Source: Eledone cirrhosa (taxonomy: Eukaryota). Taken from it: DNA of 64,000 nucleotides. A program made the position numbers and the translations under genes. Shown here piece after piece: positions 57,301 through 64,000 of this stretch. The notes under the pieces are model-generated. The model was not told the origin of the DNA, ran no database searches, and worked only from the letters and a program-made list of their open reading frames with translations. Numbering within the stretch: position 1 is the stretch's first letter; every line of letters begins with the position of its first letter. The stretch spans positions 271,498,001-271,562,000 of the forward strand of contig OZ024743.1 of NCBI GenBank assembly GCA_964016885.1, read 5' to 3'.

Positions 57301-60300
57301 TATAAAGGACTGTATTAACCCATGGCTGAGTGTGAGAGTGGTAAGTAATAGTCTTGATATATAAAGGACTGTATTAACCAATGGTTGGGTGTGAGAGTGG
57401 TAAGTATTAGTCTTGATATATAAAGGACTGTATTAACCAATGGCTGGGTGTGAGAGTGGTAAGTATTAGTCTTGATATATAAAGGACTGTATTAACCCAT
57501 GGCTGGGTGTGAGAGTGGTAAGTATTAGTCTTGATATATAAAGGACTGTATTAACCCATGGCTGAGTGTGAGAGTGGTAAGTATTTGTCTTGATATATAA
57601 AGGACTGTATTGACCAATGGCTGAGTGTGAGAGTGGTAAGTATCAGTCTTGATATATAAAGGACCGTATTAACCCATGGCTGAGTGTGAGAGTGGTAAGT
57701 ATTAGTCTTGATATATAAAGGACTGTATTAACCCATGGCTGAGTGTGAGAGTGGTAAGTATTAGTTCTGATATATAAAGGACTGTATTAACCAATGGCTG
57801 GGTGTGAGAGTGGTAAGTATTAGTTCTGATATATAAAGGACTGTATTAACCCATGGATGGTTGTGAGAGTGGTAAGTATTAGTCTTGATATATAAAGGAC
57901 TGTATTAACCCATGGCTGGGTGTGAGAGCGGTAAGTATTAGTCTTGATATATAAAGGACTGTATTAACCCATGGCTGAGTGTGAGAGTGGTAAGTATTAG
58001 TCTTGATATATAAAGGACTGTATTAACCCATGGCTGAGTGTGAAAGTGGTAACTATTAGTCTTGCTATATAAAGGACTGTATTAACCCATGGCTGAGTGT
58101 GAGAGTGGTATGTATTAGTTCTGATATATAAAGGACTCTATTAACCCATGGCAGAGTGTGAGAGTGGTAAGTATTAGTTCTGATATATAAAGGACTGTAT
58201 TAACCCATGGCTGGGTGTGAGAGTGGTAAGTATTAATTCTGATATATAAAGGACTGTATTAACCCATGGTTGGCTGTGAGAGTGGTAAGTATTAGTTCTG
58301 ATATATAAAGGACTGTATTAACCCATGGCTGGGTGTGAGAGTGTTAACTATTAGTTCTGATATATAAAGGACTGTATTAACCCATGGCTGGGTGTGAGAG
58401 TGGTAAGTATTAGTTCTGATATATAAAGGACTGTATTAACCCATGGCTGAGTGTGAGAGTGGTAAGTATTAGTCTTGATATATAAAGGACTGTATTAACC
58501 AATGGCTTGGGTGTGAGAGTGGCAAGTATTAGTTCTGATATATAAAGGACTGTATTAACCCATGGATGAGTGTGAGTGTGGTAAGTATTAATTCTGATAT
58601 ATAAAGGACTGTATTAACCCATGGCTGAGTGTGAGAGTGGTAAGTATTAGTTCTGATATATAAAGGACTGTATTAACCCATGGATGAGTGTGAGAGTGGT
58701 AAGTATTAGTTCTGATACATAAAGGACTGTATTAACCCATGGCTGAGTGTGAGAGTGGTAAGTATTAGTCTTGATATATAAAGGACTGTATTAACCCATG
58801 GCTGAGTGTGAGAGTGGTAAGTATTATTCTTGATATATAAAGGACTGTATTAACCCATGGCTGAGTGTGAGAGTGGTAAGTATTAGTCTTGATATATAAA
58901 GGACTGTATTAACCAATGGCTGGGTGTGAGAGTGGTAAGTATTAGTTCTGATATATAAAGGACAGTATTAACCCATGGCTGGGTGTGAGAGTGGTAAGTA
59001 TTAGTTCTGATATATAAAGGACTGTATTAACCCATGGCTGGGTCTGAGAGTGGTAAGTATTAGTCTTGATATATAAAGGACTGTATTAACCCATGGCTGA
59101 GTGTAAGAGTGGTAAGTATTAGTCTTGATATATAAAGGACTGTATTAACCCATGGCTGAGTGTGAGAGTGGTAAGCATTAGTCTTGATATATAAAGGACT
59201 GTATTAACCCATGGCTGAGTGTTAAAGTGGTAAGTATTAGTCTTGATATATAAAGGACTGTATTAACCCATGGCTGAGTGTGAGAGTGGTAAGTATTAGT
59301 TCTGATATATAAAGGACTGTATTAACCCATGGCAGAGTGTGAGAGTGGTAAGTATTAGTTCTGATATATAAAGGACTGTATTAACCCATGGCTGGGTGTG
59401 AGAGTGGTAAGTATTAATTCTGATATATAAAGGACTGTATTAACCCATGGTTGGCTGTGAGAGTGGTAAGTATTAGTTCTGATATATAAAGGACTGTATT
59501 AACCCATGGCTGGGTGTGAGAGTGTTAACTATTAGTTCTGATATATAAAGGACTGTATTAACCCATGGCTGGGTGTGAGAGTGGTAAGTATTAGTTCTGA
59601 TATATAAAGGACTGTATTAACCCATGGCTGAGTGTGAGAGTGGTAAGTATTAGTCTTGATATATAAAGGACTGTATTAACCAATGGCTTGGGTGTGAGAG
59701 TGGCAAGTATTAGTTCTGATATATAAAGGACTGTATTAACCCATGGATGAGTGTGAGTGTGGTAAGTATTAATTCTGATATATAAAGGACTGTATTAACC
59801 CATGGCTGAGTGTGAGAGTGGTAAGTATTAGTTCTGATATATAAAGGACTGTATTAACCCATGGCTGAGTGTGAGAGTGGTAAGTATTAGTCTTGATATA
59901 TAAAGGACTGTATTAACCCATGGCTGGGTGTGAGAGCGGTAAGTATTAGTCTTGATATATAAAGGACTGTATTAACCCATGGCTGAGTGTGAGAGTGGTA
60001 AGTATTAGTCTTGATATATAAAGGACTGTATTAACCCATGGCTGAGTGTGAAAGTGGTAATTATTAGTCTTGCTATATAAAGGACTGTATTAACCCATGG
60101 CTGAGTGTGAGAGTGGTATGTATTAGTTCTGATATATAAAGGACTCTATTAACCCATGGCAGAGTGTGAGAGTGGTAAGTATTAGTTCTGATATATAAAG
60201 GACTGTATTAACCCATGGCTGGGTGTGAGAGTGGTAAGTATTAATTCTGATATATAAAGGACTGTATTAACCCATGGTTGGCTGTGAGAGTGGTAAGTAT

Positions 60301-63300
60301 TAGTTCTGATATATAAAGGACTGTATTAACCCATGGCTGGGTGTGAGAGTGTTAACTATTAGTTCTGATATATAAAGGACTGTATTAACCCATGGCTGGG
60401 TGTGAGAGTGGTAAGTATTAGTTCTGATATATAAAGGACTGTATTAACCCATGGCTGAGTGTGAGAGTGGTAAGTATTAGTCTTGATATATAAAGGACTG
60501 TATTAACCAATGGCTTGGGTGTGAGAGTGGCAAGTATTAGTTCTGATATATAAAGGACTGTATTAACCCATGGATGAGTGTGAGTGTGGTAAGTATTAAT
60601 TCTGATATATAAAGGACTGTATTAACCCATGGCTGAGTGTGAGAGTGGTAAGTATTAGTTCTGATATATAAAGGACTGTATTAACCCATGGCTGGGTGTG
60701 AGAGTGGTAAGTATTAGTTCTGATATATAAAGGACTGTATTAACCCATGGCTGAGTGTGAGAGTGGTAAGTATTAGTCTTGATATATAAAGGACTGTATT
60801 AACCCATGGCTGGGTGTGAGAGCGGTAAGTATTAGTCTTGATATATAAAGGACTGTATTAACCCATGGCTGAGTGTGAGAGTGGTAAGTATTAGTCTTGA
60901 TATATAAAGGACTGTATTAACCCATGGCTGAGTGTGAAAGTGGTAATTATTAGTCTTGCTATATAAAGGACTGTATTAACCCATGGCTGAGTGTGAGAGT
61001 GGTATGTATTAGTTCTGATATATAAAGGACTCTATTAACCCATGGCAGAGTGTGAGAGTGGTAAGTATTAGTTCTGATATATAAAGGACTGTATTAACCC
61101 ATGGCTGGGTGTGAGAGTGGTAAGTATTAATTCTGATATATAAAGGACTGTATTAACCCATGGTTGGCTGTGAGAGTGGTAAGTATTAGTTCTGATATAT
61201 AAAGGACTGTATTAACCCATGGCTGGGTGTGAGAGTGTTAACTATTAGTTCTGATATATAAAGGACTGTATTAACCCATGGCTGGGTGTGAGAGTGGTAA
61301 GTATTAGTTCTGATATATAAAGGACTGTATTAACCCATGGCTGAGTGTGAGAGTGGTAAGTATTAGTCTTGATATATAAAGGACTGTATTAACCCATGGC
61401 TGGGTGTGAGAGCGGTAAGTATTAGTCTTGATATATAAAGGACTGTATTAACCCATGGCTGAGTGTGAGAGTGGTAAGTATTAGTCTTGATATATAAAGG
61501 ACTGTATTAACCCATGGCTGAGTGTGAAAGTGGTAATTATTAGTCTTGCTATATAAAGGACTGTATTAACCCATGGCTGAGTGTGAGAGTGGTATGTATT
61601 AGTTCTGATATATAAAGGACTCTATTAACCCATGGCAGAGTGTGAGAGTGGTAAGTATTAGTTCTGATATATAAAGGACTGTATTAACCCATGGCTGGGT
61701 GTGAGAGTGGTAAGTATTAATTCTGATATATAAAGGACTGTATTAACCCATGGTTGGCTGTGAGAGTGGTAAGTATTAGTTCTGATATATAAAGGACTGT
61801 ATTAACCCATGGCTGGGTGTGAGAGTGTTAACTATTAGTTCTGATATATAAAGGACTGTATTAACCCATGGCTGGGTGTGAGAGTGGTAAGTATTAGTTC
61901 TGATATATAAAGGACTGTATTAACCCATGGCTGAGTGTGAGAGTGGTAAGTATTAGTCTTGATATATAAAGGACTGTATTAACCAATGGCTTGGGTGTGA
62001 GAGTGGCAAGTATTAGTTCTGATATATAAAGGACTGTATTAACCCATGGATGAGTGTGAGTGTGGTAAGTATTAATTCTGATATATAAAGGACTGTATTA
62101 ACCCATGGCTGAGTGTGAGAGTGGTAAGTATTAGTTCTGATATATAAAGGACTGTATTAACCCATGGCTGAGTGTGAGAGTGGTAAGTATTCGTTCTGAT
62201 ATATAAAGGACTGTATTAACCCATGGCTGAGTGTGAGAGTGGTAAGTATTAGTCTTGATATATAAAGGACTGTATTAACCCATGGCTGGGTGTGAGAGCG
62301 GTAAGTATTAGTCTTGATATATAAAGGACTGTATTAACCCATGGCTGAGTGTGAGAGTGGTAAGTATTAGTCTTGATATATAAAGGACTGTATTAACCCA
62401 TGGCTGAGTGTGAAAGTGGTAATTATTAGTCTTGCTATATAAAGGACTGTATTAACCCATGGCTGAGTGTGAGAGTGGTATGTATTAGTTCTGATATATA
62501 AAGGACTCTATTAACCCATGGCAGAGTGTGAGAGTGGTAAGTATTAGTTCTGATATATAAAGGACTGTATTAACCCATGGCTGGGTGTGAGAGTGGTAAG
62601 TATTAATTCTGATATATAAAGGACTGTATTAACCCATGGTTGGCTGTGAGAGTGGTAAGTATTAGTTCTGATATATAAAGGACTGTATTAACCCATGGCT
62701 GGGTGTGAGAGTGTTAACTATTAGTTCTGATATATAAAGGACTGTATTAACCCATGGCTGGGTGTGAGAGTGGTAAGTATTAGTTCTGATATATAAAGGA
62801 CTGTATTAACCCATGGCTGAGTGTGAGAGTGGTAAGTATTAGTCTTGATATATAAAGGACTGTATTAACCAATGGCTTGGGTGTGAGAGTGGCAAGTATT
62901 AGTTCTGATATATAAAGGACTGTATTAACCCATGGATGAGTGTGAGTGTGGTAAGTATTAATTCTGATATATAAAGGACTGTATTAACCAATGGCTGAGT
63001 GTGAGAGTGGTAAGTATTAGTTCTGATATATAAAGGACTGTATTAACCCATGGCTGAGTGTGTGAGTGGTAAGTATTAGTTCTGATATATAAAGGACTGT
63101 GTTAACCCATGGCTGAGTGTGAGAGTGGTAAGTATTAGTTCTGATATATAAAGGACTGTATTAACCCATGGCTGAGTGTGAGAGTGGTAAGTAATAGTCT
63201 TGATATATAAAGGACTGTATTAACCAATGGCTGGGTGTGAGAGTGGTAAGTATTAGTCTTGATATATAAAGGACTGTATTAACCAATGGCTGGGTGTGAG

Positions 63301-63706
63301 AGTGGTAAGTATTAGTCTTGATATATAAAGGACTGTATTAACCCAAGGCTGAGTGTGAGAGTGGTAAGTATTAGTTCTGATATATAAAGGACTGTATTAA
63401 CCCATGGATGAGTGTGAGAGTGGTAAGTATTAGTTCTGATACATAAAGGACTGTATTAACCCATGGCTGAGTGTGAGAGTGGTAAGTATTAGTCTTGATA
63501 TATAAAGGACTGTATTAACCCATGGCTGAGTGTGAGAGTGGTAAGTATTATTCTTGATATATAAAGGACTGTATTAACCCATGGCTGAGTGTGAGAGTGG
63601 TAAGTATTAGTCTTGATATATAAAGGACTGTATTAACCAATGGCTGGGTGTGAGAGTGGTAAGTATTAGTTCTGATATATAAAGGACTGTATTAACCCAT
63701 GGCTGG
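48313..63706 (+). repeat. ~15.4 kb tandem duplication, unit 2
   Basis: The offset to unit 1 steps from 14,037 to 13,978 to 13,919 (two single-monomer losses), then to about 15,395 (25-monomer gain). Markers: cccacgag 49187, 50245, 54372 and ccatgtctgt 54900. Confidence 0.9.
56400..63030 (+). repeat. Longer second copy of the variable-period higher-order repeat cassette
   Basis: ggcaa at 57045, 58521, 59702, 60529, 62005 and 62891 (spacings 1476, 1181, 827, 1476, 886). An extra 10-mer is shown by ggttggct near 61163 and 61753. Confidence 0.87.
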
Positions 63707-64000
63707 GTGTGAGAGTGGTAAGTATTAGTTCTGATATATAAAGGACTGTATTAACCCATGGCTGGGTCTGAGAGTGGTAAGTATTAGTCTTGATATATAA
63801 AGGACTGTATTAACCCATGGCTGAGTGTAAGAGTGGTAAGTATTAGTCTTGATATATAAAGGACTGTATTAACCCATGGCTGAGTGTGAGAGTGGTAAGC
63901 ATTAGTCTTGATATATAAAGGACTGTATTAACCCATGGCTGAGTGTTAAAGTGGTAAGTATTAGTCTTGATATATAAAGGACTGTATTAACCCATGGCTG

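Larger units (their letters stand above)
1..64000. repeat. 59-bp tandem satellite array (~1,085 monomers), single orientation, running off both ends of the window
   Basis: The pattern shifts by one base per 60-nt line throughout. Consensus GTAAGTATTAGTTCTGATATATAAAGGACTGTATTAACCCATGGCTGAGTGTGAGAGTG (A18 T19 G16 C6). Monomers usually differ from it by 0-4 bases. One NcoI site (CCATGG) in most monomers. Length variants seen are 55, 58 and 60 bp. Confidence 0.99.

Noticed and set aside
1-64000. CRISPR array (period of about 60 bp)
   Set aside because: The entire 59 bp is repeated. There are no unique spacers, leader or cas genes.
1-64000. Long repetitive protein-coding ORF on either strand
   Set aside because: 59 is not a multiple of 3, so every frame cycles into stops. 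The + strand has TAA, TAG and TGA in each monomer. The longest stop-free run on the - strand consensus is about 47 codons (YSPLYIRTNTYHSHTQPWVNTVLYISELILTTLTLSHGLIQSFIYQN) with no ATG.
1-64000. Embedded transposon, unique island or strand inversion
   Set aside because: None seen on reading through. Monomer phase is continuous apart from 1-4 bp indels.

Overview
The whole 64 kb window is one uninterrupted, head-to-tail tandem array (satellite DNA) of a 59-bp monomer, about 1,085 copies. The consensus is GTAAGTATTAGT(TC/CT)TGATATATAAAGGACTGTATTAACCCATGGCTG(A/G)GTGTGAGAGTG, about 37% GC, G-rich on the + strand and CpG-free. I found no unique sequence, gene, RNA gene, mobile element, CRISPR spacer or inversion, and I cannot identify the organism (probably a eukaryote). 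Rare monomer variants act as barcodes and reveal nested structure: 10- to 75-monomer higher-order blocks, a ~14-15 kb tandem duplication (34.3-48.3 kb / 48.3-63.7 kb), and an apparently identical >=11.4 kb duplication at an offset of 30,050 bp. The monomer itself reads like a eukaryotic gene fragment: TATATAAAG, then CCATGG opening ATG-GCT-GAG-TGT-GAG-AGT-G, then a 5' splice site G|GTAAGTAT with 9 contiguous bases complementary to U1 snRNA. One hypothesis is that the satellite arose by amplifying an exon/intron junction. All counts and offsets were read by eye and block edges are approximate (about one monomer).
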